Assembly (NCBI GenBank): GCA_964404165.1
Contig: CAYOIZ010000007.1
Location: 86,897 to 150,896 of the forward strand
DNA: 64,000 nucleotides
Direction: 5' to 3'
From: an uncultured Candidatus Binatia bacterium
GTDB taxonomy: Bacteria; Desulfobacterota; Binatia; DP-6
The notes under the pieces were generated by a model, which saw nothing but the letters and a program-made list of their open reading frames with translations, did not search any database and had not been told where the DNA came from. Positions 54,162 through 63,378 of the stretch are shown here, in pieces. The number at the start of each line of letters is the position of its first letter. Within the stretch, counting starts at the first letter, position 1. Position numbers and translations under genes: made by a program.

Positions 54162-55517
54162 GTGCGCGGACTGCGGCGCGACTTCGCGAATCCTCCCGAC
54201 GTCGTGGCCTACCCGCGCTCGGAGAGCGAGGTCGTGGCCATCCTCGCATGGTGCGCCGACATCGGCGCGGCGGCGATTCCATACGGCGGCGGGTCGTCGG
54301 TCGTCGGCGGGGTCGAAGCGCCGCCACGCGACGCCCATCCCGCCGTCGTCTCGATCGATCTGGGTAGGCTCGACCGCGTCCTCGAAGTCGATCGCACGTC
54401 GCGGGCCGCGCGCATCCAGGGTGGCGTGCTCGGCCCCGCGCTCGAAGAGCAGCTCCGGCCGCTCGGGCTCACGTTGCGGCATTTTCCGCAGTCGTTCGAG
54501 TTCTCGACGCTCGGCGGCTGGATCGCCACCCGATCCGGTGGCCACTACGCCACGCTCTACACGCACATCGACGACTTCGTCGAAGCGCTGCGCGTGGTCA
54601 CGCCGGCCGGCACGCTCGAGACGCGACGCCTGCCCAGCTCCGGCGCAGGGCCGAGCCCGGATCGCCTCTTCGTCGGTTCGGAAGGCACGCTCGGGATCAT
54701 CGTCGAGGCCTGGATGCGCCTCCAGGATCGTCCGATCCATCGCGCCTCGGCGTCGGTCACCTTCACCGATTTCGCCACCGGTGCGGCCGCCGCGCGGGCG
54801 GTGTCGCAGGCCGGGCTCTTCCCTGCGAACTGCCGGCTGCTCGATCCGGGCGAGGCACTCAACGCCGGGGCGGGCAGCGGCGACGAGGCCGTTCTCCTGC
54901 TCGGCTTCGAATCGGCGGATCATCCCCTCGACCCCTGGATGGATCGCGCCCTCGAATGCGTCCGCGATCACGGCGGCGTCGTGCCTGCCGGCGCGGGTCG
55001 GACGCGCAGCGCCGCCGAGGGCGCGCGCGACGGCGCCGCGGGCGCCTGGCGCCAGGCGTTCCTCGACATGCCGTATCTTCGCGACGCGATCGTCTCCCTC
55101 GGGATGATCAGCGAGACGTTCGAGACCGCCGTCACCTGGGACCGCTTTCCGGCGTTCCATGCCGGCATCGTCGATCGCGTCACCGATGCCCTGCGCCGCA
55201 TCTGCGGCGGGGGGCAGGTGACGTGCCGGTTCACGCACGTCTATCCCGACGGTCCAGCGCCCTACTACACCGTGATCGCGCCCGGTCGCGACGGCGCCGA
55301 GCTCGAGCAGTGGGCGGCCATCAAGCAGGTTGCCGGCGACGCCATCATCGAGCTCGGCGGCACGATCACGCACCACCATGCCGTCGGACGCGACCACCGT
55401 CCGTGGTATGACCGGCAGCGCCCCGATCTCTTCGCCGCCGCCCTGCGCGCGGCGAAGGCGACGCTCGATCCGACGGGGATGCTCAACCCCGGCGTGTTGA
55501 TCGATCCGGCGCGCTGA
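54162..55517 (+). CDS. FAD-linked oxidase (PCMH-type FAD-binding, GlcD/AGPS-like). The N-terminus probably extends upstream (see findings)
   Basis: PDVVAYPRSESEVVAIL...IPYGGGSSVVGG, plus a C-terminal FAD-oxidase domain. The first in-frame start is GTG at 54162, but the same frame stays open and protein-like back to about 53925. Confidence 0.75.
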   Translation: MRGLRRDFANPPDVVAYPRSESEVVAILAWCADIGAAAIPYGGGSSVVGGVEAPPRDAHPAVVSIDLGRLDRVLEVDRTSRAARIQGGVLGPALEEQLRPLGLTLRHFPQSFEFSTLGGWIATRSGGHYATLYTHIDDFVEALRVVTPAGTLETRRLPSSGAGPSPDRLFVGSEGTLGIIVEAWMRLQDRPIHRASASVTFTDFATGAAAARAVSQAGLFPANCRLLDPGEALNAGAGSGDEAVLLLGFESADHPLDPWMDRALECVRDHGGVVPAGAGRTRSAAEGARDGAAGAWRQAFLDMPYLRDAIVSLGMISETFETAVTWDRFPAFHAGIVDRVTDALRRICGGGQVTCRFTHVYPDGPAPYYTVIAPGRDGAELEQWAAIKQVAGDAIIELGGTITHHHAVGRDHRPWYDRQRPDLFAAALRAAKATLDPTGMLNPGVLIDPAR

Positions 55518-56267
55518 CTACGCCGCGGCCTGCATCTCGTCGGCCGGCGAGAAGCGGATGATCCGCATCCAGGCCAGCACGCGCAGCACCGCGTAGGTGG
55601 GGTCGAACTCGAACGGCTTGGCCGCGAAGTTGAGCCGGCCGGAGGCGCGATGGTGGTTGTTCTGGAACAGCTCCCCCATCGTGATGAAGTCCATCGGGAG
55701 CGAGTTGCGCGAGGCGTCGCGCGTCGTGAAGTTGCGGTAGCCGTACCGATGGCCGCACCAGTTCACGATGGCACCCTGCGCCGGACCCATGACGAAGTGG
55801 ATCGGCAGGAAGAGGAACTGCCACCACGCCGTCGCGAGCCACCAGTACAGCATGAAGTAGCCGGCGCCGAAGGCGACCCGCGAGGGCCACGAGGAGCCGA
55901 TGCGGTCGAGCGTGGGCCACTCCGGATAGTTGCCGAGGAAACGGGGCTCGGGGTTGGACGTCCACTCGAAGTGCGCGGTGTACCGCTTCGCCGTGTTCCA
56001 CATCATGCTGAACGGGTTGCGGTACACGACGGGCGAGTGCGGATCCTTCGGCGTGTCGCTGAACGCGTGATGCTCCCGGTGGAGGATGGCATAGGCGCGC
56101 GGTGACAGGTACGACGAGCCCTGCGCGATCCACGCGAGCAGGAAGAAGATGCGCTCGGTGACGAAGCTCATCGTGAACATCCGATGCGACGCGTATCGGT
56201 GGTGGAAGCTCGATTGGAAGAACACCGATACCGTCCAGTGCGTCATCAACAGCGCCAGGATCGCCAT
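55518..56267 (-). CDS. Fatty-acid desaturase, acyl-CoA delta-9 (stearoyl-CoA desaturase)-like; short form of 249 aa
   Basis: Three His boxes matching the delta-9 family: FHHRYASHR, HREHHAFSDTPKDPHSP, GELFQNNHHRASG. Start at the ATG at 56267. The rest of ORF 55518..57341 is antisense to gpmA. Confidence 0.75.
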   Translation of the reverse strand: MAILALLMTHWTVSVFFQSSFHHRYASHRMFTMSFVTERIFFLLAWIAQGSSYLSPRAYAILHREHHAFSDTPKDPHSPVVYRNPFSMMWNTAKRYTAHFEWTSNPEPRFLGNYPEWPTLDRIGSSWPSRVAFGAGYFMLYWWLATAWWQFLFLPIHFVMGPAQGAIVNWCGHRYGYRNFTTRDASRNSLPMDFITMGELFQNNHHRASGRLNFAAKPFEFDPTYAVLRVLAWMRIIRFSPADEMQAAA

Positions 56268-56366
56268 CGAGGCGGACTCTAGCGACGACCGTGCGGGCGC
56301 GCAACCGCGCTCCTGGAACGTCGTCGGCTTGGCGCCACCCGTCGTCGCACGGTATAGCGCTCGCGC

Positions 56367-56972
56367 ATGGCTGAGCTGATCTTGCTGCGCCACGGGCAGT
56401 CCCAGTGGAACCTCGAGAACCGCTTCACCGGCTGGGTCGACGTGCCCCTCTCCCCGAAGGGGGAGATCGAGGCACGTGCCGCAGGCGAGAAGCTGCGGGG
56501 TCGCCGCATCGACCTCCTCTTCACCTCGGTGCTGCAGCGCGCCATCGAGACGGCGCGGATGGCGCTCGAGACCGCTGGGCTGTCGACGCCACCCACCGTG
56601 CGCGCGACGGAGCTCAACGAGCGCATGTACGGCGACCTCCAGGGCCTCAACAAGGCCGAAGCCGCCAAGCAGTTCGGCGACGAGCAGATCAGGATATGGC
56701 GCCGCAGCTACGATACCCCACCGCCGAACGGTGAGAGCCTGGCCGATACCGCGGCACGCGTCATCCCCTACTGGGAGCAGACCATCCGTCCCGAGCTGCT
56801 GGCCGGGCGCAACGTCCTGATCGCCGCCCACGGCAACTCGCTGCGGGCGCTGGTCATGCACCTCGACGGCCTGACCCGGGAGCAGGTGCTGGAGCTCGAG
56901 ATCCCCACCGGCGCTCCGATTCTCTACGAGCTCGACGCCAACGCCGGCGTCGTCGGCAAGCGCTACCTCTGA
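56367..56972 (+). CDS. gpmA: 2,3-bisphosphoglycerate-dependent phosphoglycerate mutase
   Basis: LLRHGQSQWNLENRFTGW... and a histidine phosphatase signature. Confidence 0.85.
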   Translation: MAELILLRHGQSQWNLENRFTGWVDVPLSPKGEIEARAAGEKLRGRRIDLLFTSVLQRAIETARMALETAGLSTPPTVRATELNERMYGDLQGLNKAEAAKQFGDEQIRIWRRSYDTPPPNGESLADTAARVIPYWEQTIRPELLAGRNVLIAAHGNSLRALVMHLDGLTREQVLELEIPTGAPILYELDANAGVVGKRYL

Positions 56973-57976
56973 CCACCGGGGCGACCGGCGGCCGCGTAGA
57001 TCGCCTCGATCGCCTGCATGTTGGCGATGGCGTCCGTCGGCCCCGTCGGGAACGCCTCGCCCCGTCGCACGGCGGCGACGAACGCCCGGAGCTGCCCGTC
57101 GTACGACGCCGGGCCCGTGACGCGCTCCGTCCGCGTGCCCGCCGGGGTCCGGATGCGGAGCCGGTGGAAGAACTGCGGTGCGATCGGATTGATCACGTGC
57201 AGGCTCCCCGTCGTTCCCCGCACGCTGGCGGACATCCGCAGCACCGACGCGGAGAACAGCGCACAGGTCAGACGCGCCGTGCGTCCGCCTGGGAAGCGTA
57301 GGTCGGCGGCGAGCCAGCGGTCGACACCACCCCGCGTCCACCGTGCGCTCGCCCCCACCACCTCGGGCTCCGCCGCCGCCAGATGGCGCAGCAGATGGAC
57401 GGTGTAGCAGCCCGTGTCCATCAGGCCGCCGCCCGCCAGGTCGGCGCGATACCGGATGTCGCCGCGGCGCCAGAGCGGGATGCAGAAGTGTGCCTCGAGG
57501 TGCCGTATCTGCCCCAGCTCGCCCGACGTCACGATCGCCCGCATGCGTGCGAACAGCGGATGGTAGCGATAGTGGAACGCCTCCATCAGCACGCGGTCCG
57601 CCGCTTCCGCCGCCTCCGCCATGGACCGTGCCTCGGCGACGTTCGCGGCGAAGGGCTTCTCGCAGAGGACGTGCTTACCGGCCTCGAGCGCACGAATCGT
57701 CCACTCCGCGTGCAGCGAGTTCGGCAGCGGATTGTAGACGGCCTCGATCGTCGGGTCGGCGAGGAGCGCACCGTAGCTGTCGTGCACCGTGGGGATGTGA
57801 TGCCGCTCGGCGAAGCGACGCGCGCGATCGGTGTCGCGTGCCGCCACCGCAGTGACGACGGCCTCCCCCACCCGTCGTGCCGGATGGAGCAGCGCCATCG
57901 GCGTGATGCGGGCGGCGCCGAGGACGCCGATGCGCAGCGGCGCCCCGGTGATCGCGTGATCGGCGACGGACGGCAT
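56963..57976 (-). CDS. Gfo/Idh/MocA family NAD(P)-dependent oxidoreductase
   Basis: LRIGVLGAARI Rossmann motif and the EKP motif (VLCEKPFA). Confidence 0.8.
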   Translation of the reverse strand: MPSVADHAITGAPLRIGVLGAARITPMALLHPARRVGEAVVTAVAARDTDRARRFAERHHIPTVHDSYGALLADPTIEAVYNPLPNSLHAEWTIRALEAGKHVLCEKPFAANVAEARSMAEAAEAADRVLMEAFHYRYHPLFARMRAIVTSGELGQIRHLEAHFCIPLWRRGDIRYRADLAGGGLMDTGCYTVHLLRHLAAAEPEVVGASARWTRGGVDRWLAADLRFPGGRTARLTCALFSASVLRMSASVRGTTGSLHVINPIAPQFFHRLRIRTPAGTRTERVTGPASYDGQLRAFVAAVRRGEAFPTGPTDAIANMQAIEAIYAAAGRPGGQR

Positions 57977-58007
57977 GCGCGCGGGCTATCGACCCGCGCC
58001 CTGCCCG

Positions 58008-59189
58008 TCAAGCGCCGGCGGCGTCCAGCAGCCCCGGCAGCACGACGCCGGTGGCGAACACGTCCTCCGCGAGCGCGCGGGCGTCGCGTGCCGCGGCCGC
58101 GTAGTCGCCCTCGATCGCACGCACCGCCTCGACGGCGTCGTCCAGCGTCGTGAAGTAGCGCAGGCCGCGGCACGCGGGCAGATGGGCCTCCGCCCCGTTG
58201 GCCTCGACGACACACGGTCGCCCGCTCGCGAGGTAGCAGACCGTCCGATCGCTGATCCATCCGGCGCGCGCCTTCACGTACGCCGGCTTCGCGGCACTGA
58301 ACTCCCCGCGCGACTGCTGCACGTAGCTGCGGAAGGCATCCGGCGTGCCGGCGACCACCGCCGGATCGACCAACCGCCACGCATTGCGGGCGAGCAGCGC
58401 CCGATCCTCCGCCTCGTCGGGATGGACGTTCGCCGCCAGCTCCATGGCGACGCCCGCCCGCCCCGGCAACGGGATGATCGGGATGAAGCCCGACCGCTTG
58501 TTGCAGTCGTAGGTGTCGCCGTCGAGGAACGCGTACTGGTTGTTCCACCATTGCGTCACCGTCGTGTATGCCGCGCCCGGCGCCGGTGGTGGCTGCACGG
58601 GCCAGGCCGGCAGATGGACGGCGGGCCAGATGCGGACCCAGGGCACGTCGCCGAGCGGGATCGGCGAGTCGTCGGCGCCGAGGTTCTGCCCGATCGTCAC
58701 GTGCACGTCGTGGCTGCCGACGCCCATGCCCCATTCCCGTGCCCACAGCTGGAAGGCGCCGGGATCGATGTCGAAGAGCGCGGTGCGCCCGTAGGCGGCG
58801 CGCAGGGGCGCCGTGATGCTGTCCGCCATGTTCAGCAGCAGCGCGTCGCGCTGCCGGGCGGCGAGCTCGGCCGCGTCCATGCCGATGAGCTCGCACCGGC
58901 CGGGCACGTCGTCCTTCCCCGACTCGGGGAAGTACTGCAGGACGACGCGATCGGCGATGCCGAGCGTCCGCAGGTGACCGAGGAACTCGTCGATGAAGGC
59001 CCGGTCGCGGGCGTGATCCCCACGCGTCCAGAGGATCTCGTGCCACCAGGCGTCGACGCCGAGTGCGCGCAGGCCGAGCAGGTAATGGACGGGGATCCAG
59101 AAGCTGCCGCCGCCCCAGGGATACTGGGCGACGAATGCCGAGCCGACGAACACCGGTTGCGCCATGCCGTTGGCCGCGTCTGCTATCAC
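58008..59189 (-). CDS. Hypothetical protein; the C-terminal half is weakly glycosyltransferase-like (GT-B C-domain flavour)
   Basis: Good coding statistics. ...WISDRTVCYLASGRPCVVEANG... resembles GT4 C-terminal motifs. No confident family. Confidence 0.5.
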   Translation of the reverse strand: MIADAANGMAQPVFVGSAFVAQYPWGGGSFWIPVHYLLGLRALGVDAWWHEILWTRGDHARDRAFIDEFLGHLRTLGIADRVVLQYFPESGKDDVPGRCELIGMDAAELAARQRDALLLNMADSITAPLRAAYGRTALFDIDPGAFQLWAREWGMGVGSHDVHVTIGQNLGADDSPIPLGDVPWVRIWPAVHLPAWPVQPPPAPGAAYTTVTQWWNNQYAFLDGDTYDCNKRSGFIPIIPLPGRAGVAMELAANVHPDEAEDRALLARNAWRLVDPAVVAGTPDAFRSYVQQSRGEFSAAKPAYVKARAGWISDRTVCYLASGRPCVVEANGAEAHLPACRGLRYFTTLDDAVEAVRAIEGDYAAAARDARALAEDVFATGVVLPGLLDAAGA

Positions 59190-59237
59190 GACACATTCCG
59201 GCTTGCACCCCGTTCGCTCCTGCTCCAGGGTCGTTCC

Positions 59238-59687
59238 ATGCGCATCGCGGGGGCCATCCTGGCCGTCATCGCCACCCTCTCGACGGCCGCCGCCGACGGC
59301 CTGCCGCGTCGGCTCGCCGCCGACACGCCCGCACCGGCGCAGCGCCCTGCCCCCGGAGTGATCGTCCTGCGCGACGATGCACGCCGTGAGGTGCAGGCGT
59401 GGGTGCAGCCTGGGGCCTCACCCGCCGCTGCAGCCAACGGCAAGCTCATCGTGCGCAACCGCTCCGGCGTCAGCGCCGACGTCTATCTCGCGCTCCCCGC
59501 CGACGAGCCCGACTGGCAGTTCGTCGAGACCGTGCCCGACGGCTTCAAGCTCATCGTGCGCAACGTCACGCGCCGCACCCAGTTCCTGATCGCCGCCGAG
59601 TCCACCGACGCCTACGACGGCTTCTTCGACTGGGGCCCGCGCAGTTTCGTCATGCGCAAGCGCTTCCGCTACACGCTGCTCCCTTGA
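59238..59687 (+). CDS. Hypothetical secreted protein (149 aa) with an internal duplicated KLIVRN motif
   Basis: ATG at 59238. Signal peptide MRIAGAILAVIATLSTAAA. GKLIVRNRSG ... GFKLIVRNVTRR. Confidence 0.55.
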   Translation: MRIAGAILAVIATLSTAAADGLPRRLAADTPAPAQRPAPGVIVLRDDARREVQAWVQPGASPAAAANGKLIVRNRSGVSADVYLALPADEPDWQFVETVPDGFKLIVRNVTRRTQFLIAAESTDAYDGFFDWGPRSFVMRKRFRYTLLP

Positions 59688-59718
59688 GCCGCCCGGCAGC
59701 GCGACGTATTGGGCCCGC

Positions 59719-59988
59719 ATGAAGTGGACGTCGTGGGTGACGCTCGTCGCGCTGGTGGTGATCATCGGCGGCGTCGTCTGGTCGAGCTTCCGCATCGGCG
59801 GCGTGCGCTGCGAGGTGTGCATCACCTTCGAGGGTCGTGAGGCCTGTCGCGCCGTCGACGGCAACACCGCCGAGGAGGCCCGCATGGCCGCCGTCACCAA
59901 CACGTGCGCGCTGCTGGCGTCGGGCGTGACGCAGGTGATCGCCTGCGAGCGCACCCCGCCCACCAAGAGCAGCTGCGACGGTTCCTAA
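59719..59988 (+). CDS. Small membrane-anchored Cys-containing protein (89 aa)
   Basis: ATG start. N-terminal TM helix WVTLVALVVIIGGVVW. Five Cys in a 60-aa ectodomain. Its 3' end overlaps the convergent stop of G by 4 nt. Confidence 0.5.
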   Translation: MKWTSWVTLVALVVIIGGVVWSSFRIGGVRCEVCITFEGREACRAVDGNTAEEARMAAVTNTCALLASGVTQVIACERTPPTKSSCDGS

Positions 59989-60284
59989 CCCAGCGGCGGA
60001 CCGAGCCCGCTCACGGCATCGATCGCCGCATCGGCACTGCGACGGATCTGCCGTTCGAGCACCGGGCCGAGCTTCTTGCGTCCGCGACGCACCTGGCCGA
60101 CGAGTGCCTGCAACGCGGCCTTCACGCGACGGATCTCGCGCCGCGCGGCCTTCGTCGAGGACGCCGCCTTCGCCCGCGAGACCGCGGCTTCGACCTTCCC
60201 GAGGCGCTTCTGGAGTGGCGCCGCCATGGCCCCGCCACCGTCGGGCGCCGACGACAGGATGAAGCGGATCTCCTCGACGCGGCA
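59985..60284 (-). other. Conserved C-terminal basic alpha-helical tail domain (99 aa) of G
   Basis: Begins CRVEEI, exactly as in F. Confidence 0.5.
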
Positions 60285-63155
60285 GGTGACGCGGCCGGTG
60301 CTCACCGCCGGGGTGTGCTGGCAGCCGACCGTCGGCGCACAGCTGTCGACGGTACAGAAATCAGCATCGTTGCATGCGGTATCCGGGACCACGTCACACT
60401 GCCCTGCGTGGCACAGTGCCGCGGCCTGACACTCGTTGCCTGCCGAGCACGCGGTGCCGTCCGGCAGGGGGGTATGATTGCATCCCGAAACCGGATCGCA
60501 GCTGTCTGCGGTGCACGGGTTACCGTCGTCGCACGAGATCGGCGTGCCCGCGCCGCAGACCCCGTCGACACCGCTGCACTGCTCGTCCGCAGTACAAGCG
60601 TTGCGGTCGTCACAGGTGGTGCCTGCGGGCGACGGCGTGCACCCGGCCTGCGGATCGCAGCCGCCGCTGAGACACGTCCCCTCGCAGACACGGGGGCGGC
60701 CCGGCTGGCAGTCCGCGCTGCTTCCCGCGCAGTGATCGTCGATCGTGCACGCGTCCCCATCGTCGCACGGGGCGCTCACGGGACGAAGCACGCACCCATC
60801 CTGCGGATCGCAGCCGCCGGTACGACACTGCCCAGTGCAGTCGAGCGTCGTCTCCGCGACGCATGCGCCGTCGGCGCTGCACTGCTCGCCCTGGGTACAG
60901 ACGCTATCGTCGTCGCAAAGCGCACCGGCCGGTCGATCGGCGCACCCCCCCGCGTCACACAATGGGACCGGTGCGGACAAGACCACCTGCCCCCGCGCCA
61001 CCGTCATCGTCCCCGACGCACAACAGTCGACCGGCATGCGAAACGCCAGCATCGTAGGCGTGACTCCGTGGATGTCGGCGTCGAAGGTCTCGCCCCCGAT
61101 GTCGAGGAGGACGCGATTTCCCCTCGTGAGGACCCGATTCTGCGACACCACGTTGGGGCTGTCGGCAGAGCAAATGTCGTCCGGGATGCCCGCCGGCAGT
61201 CCGTCGTTCAGACCCGTGGCCGTGCACGCCGCTCCGTCGATGGCGTTGAAGGTGCCGCCGGTGCCGTCGAGGCTCCCATTATACACGCGGACGAGCTCGC
61301 CCTTCCGAGGCCGCGACCGCGACACGCGCGCGATCACCGGGGCCGGTCCACCGCGCGGACCTGTGGGCGTGCCGATCGTGACCGCGGGCGGATCGACGAC
61401 CGGGCGCAGATCGAATGCCGCGACCGCGACGGGATCGCACACGATCGAGTCACCACAGTGCTCCCACTGGTTGCCTCTCGCGAAGATGACGTCCGCCGCC
61501 GGCAGGGCATTGTGGAAGTTGACGCCCGGCGCACTCGACTGCGGATTCGCGTTCAGCGTGAAAGCATTGCGACCCGGGTCGGCACCAGTGGGGCCGAAGT
61601 CGACGAGCGGCGGCAGGCATGACGCCGCGTCCGGACACTCACCCGCCTGCGGCGACGGCTTCACGGTCACACTGACGACGACGCCGAACCCATCCATCGT
61701 CGCGAGCAGCCCGGTGCACTGCAGGAGTGTGCAGTCGGTGTGTCGCACGCAGGCCTTCGTGGGCTCGCCAAAGCACGTGCCCGTCACCGTCTTGGCGTTG
61801 CACGCGAAGGACGTGCCACGGAACGTCGCCGACGGCTGCACGCCTGATCGCGTCGTCTCGATGCGGGCGCCGGCGATCTGATTGTCGGTCACGATATCGT
61901 GGTTGAAGAAGCCGTCCGCCGTGTTGACGACGGAGACGCCGCGCGCGCCGGCGAAGCGCACCACGTTGCCGTCGGTGACCATGCTGCTGCGCGAGATGAT
62001 GTTCTCGGGGACGCCCACCGAGAGCCCGTTCTGCGCACTGCCGGGGGCGTTGCGCTGCACGACGTTCCGCACCACGGTGGCATGGCCGCCGAGGGTGCTC
62101 TGGATGCCGCCGTTGCGGTTGTCGTGCACGCAGCTCTCGAGAATCGTCCCGTGCGCTTCCGACGTGATCTTGATGCCCTTGTCCTCGGCGCCGAACACTT
62201 CGGTATCGACGACGACGTTCTCGGAGGCCGCTCCCCCGGGTGCGCCGGCGTTCGTATCCATGCTGATGCCGTCCCCGAGCGTCGGCCCCCGCACGATGCA
62301 CTGCTCGATCCGATTGCGCAGCGCGCCCGCGCCGGTGATGGCGATGGTATCCACCGGAATGAGCGAGTTCGGCTGCTCACTGCCACGCAGCTCGAGCCCG
62401 CGCAGGACATTGTCGCTCCCGAGCATGCGCATGAGCGAGCGCTCGCACGTGCCCGTCCGCAGCACGACGGCGCCGCGAAGCCCGTCCGCGTCGAGCGCAT
62501 CGACCACGACCCGCGAGCCGCTGAAGCAGTAGGTCGTCCCGCGCAGGTCCGAGCACACCTGCTGCGGCACGCAGCTGATGGGCGGGCCCGGCGTGAACTT
62601 GACGTTGATGGTCTGCGGCTGCGACGCGCCCGTGAAGATCTCCCGATCGAACGACACCAGCGCATGGGCGCCGGGGTGCGCACCGGTGTAGCTCTGCGCC
62701 GCGTTCAGCTGCGCCAGCAGGTGGGTCCCGTCGACCTGCGTCACCTGGAACGTGCGCGGATAGATCGTCCAGGGCACGACGTTCGATACGCCGTCCGCAT
62801 CGGCGAGGATGACGGCACGCTGCGTCTGCACCTGCTCGTCCGAGCCCGCGACCTGGGTGACGATGGTGTGGGCCCACGCGCCCGGGCGCAGACCGGTGAT
62901 GCGACCGCAACGGCGCTGACCGGCGCCGCTGCAGGTGAACGTCTCGCTGTAGCTCGTGGCCCCGTGGTCGCAACTGGCCGTGGGGTCGACGACGTGGCCG
63001 GTGACCGTGACCTCGACCGCCCCGTCCGCGCTCTGGTTGTCGGCGACGATCGTCAGGCTCGCCGTCGACGGGCAGGAAGCGGCACCGGCGTACGATGCGC
63101 CGAGCAGAACGAGGGCGGCGATGACGGGGGCGAACACGTTGATCGGGCGGCGCAT
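59985..63155 (-). CDS. Giant secreted protein G: signal peptide, PbH1 right-handed beta-helix (pectate-lyase/NosD-like), class-A Cys repeats, basic C-terminal tail
   Basis: Start re-set to the ATG at 63155 (MRRPINVFAPVIAALVLLGASYAGAASC). Repeated ..N.I..N.I.. coils (IVRGPTLGDGISMDTNAG, ILESCVHDNRNGGIQS, VVRNVVQRNAPG). About 6 Cys repeats. Tail CRVEEIRFIL...QKRLGKVEAAVSRAKAASSTKAARREIRRVKAALQ... Confidence 0.85.
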   Translation of the reverse strand: MRRPINVFAPVIAALVLLGASYAGAASCPSTASLTIVADNQSADGAVEVTVTGHVVDPTASCDHGATSYSETFTCSGAGQRRCGRITGLRPGAWAHTIVTQVAGSDEQVQTQRAVILADADGVSNVVPWTIYPRTFQVTQVDGTHLLAQLNAAQSYTGAHPGAHALVSFDREIFTGASQPQTINVKFTPGPPISCVPQQVCSDLRGTTYCFSGSRVVVDALDADGLRGAVVLRTGTCERSLMRMLGSDNVLRGLELRGSEQPNSLIPVDTIAITGAGALRNRIEQCIVRGPTLGDGISMDTNAGAPGGAASENVVVDTEVFGAEDKGIKITSEAHGTILESCVHDNRNGGIQSTLGGHATVVRNVVQRNAPGSAQNGLSVGVPENIISRSSMVTDGNVVRFAGARGVSVVNTADGFFNHDIVTDNQIAGARIETTRSGVQPSATFRGTSFACNAKTVTGTCFGEPTKACVRHTDCTLLQCTGLLATMDGFGVVVSVTVKPSPQAGECPDAASCLPPLVDFGPTGADPGRNAFTLNANPQSSAPGVNFHNALPAADVIFARGNQWEHCGDSIVCDPVAVAAFDLRPVVDPPAVTIGTPTGPRGGPAPVIARVSRSRPRKGELVRVYNGSLDGTGGTFNAIDGAACTATGLNDGLPAGIPDDICSADSPNVVSQNRVLTRGNRVLLDIGGETFDADIHGVTPTMLAFRMPVDCCASGTMTVARGQVVLSAPVPLCDAGGCADRPAGALCDDDSVCTQGEQCSADGACVAETTLDCTGQCRTGGCDPQDGCVLRPVSAPCDDGDACTIDDHCAGSSADCQPGRPRVCEGTCLSGGCDPQAGCTPSPAGTTCDDRNACTADEQCSGVDGVCGAGTPISCDDGNPCTADSCDPVSGCNHTPLPDGTACSAGNECQAAALCHAGQCDVVPDTACNDADFCTVDSCAPTVGCQHTPAVSTGRVTCRVEEIRFILSSAPDGGGAMAAPLQKRLGKVEAAVSRAKAASSTKAARREIRRVKAALQALVGQVRRGRKKLGPVLERQIRRSADAAIDAVSGLGPPLG
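60285..60975 (-). repeat. Class-A 6-Cys repeat region of G
   Basis: CDDGDACTIDDHC..., CDDRNACTADEQC..., CDDGNPCTADSCDPVSGCNHTP..., CNDADFCTVDSCAPTVGCQHTP. Confidence 0.65.
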
Positions 63156-63378
63156 GCGTCGGTCGATGGTAGCATACGACCGCGCCGGTGTCGGGTTACA
63201 AAATCGCCGCAGACGCCGTGTCGCCTGCCGCCCCACCCGGCACATCTGCTGCGTATCCGGGACACGCCCCGTCCCCGGGAGCACCGAACGACCGCGGGGG
63301 TGCGACACACTGTCACATGGAACAGGTGGCGTTTCGCTGGACCGCCGCCGTCGGACCGCCCTATACTCGCCGGCGCAC

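Noticed and set aside
53947-55107. 386-aa plus-strand ORF starting at ATG 53947, overlapping the FAD oxidase in another frame.
   Set aside because: It is Ser/Arg/Pro/Ala-rich with no motifs. I kept it only as a possible short N-terminal exon-like segment in the frameshift hypothesis for the FAD oxidase.
56268-57341. Upstream 358 codons of ORF 55518..57341(-), preceding the desaturase.
   Set aside because: It is antisense to gpmA (56367..56972) and not protein-like. The desaturase start was set at ATG 56267.
63156-63378. Searched the G / oxygenase divergent region for operator-like palindromes.
   Set aside because: I found only imperfect symmetry around tgcgacacactgtcaca; this is not convincing.
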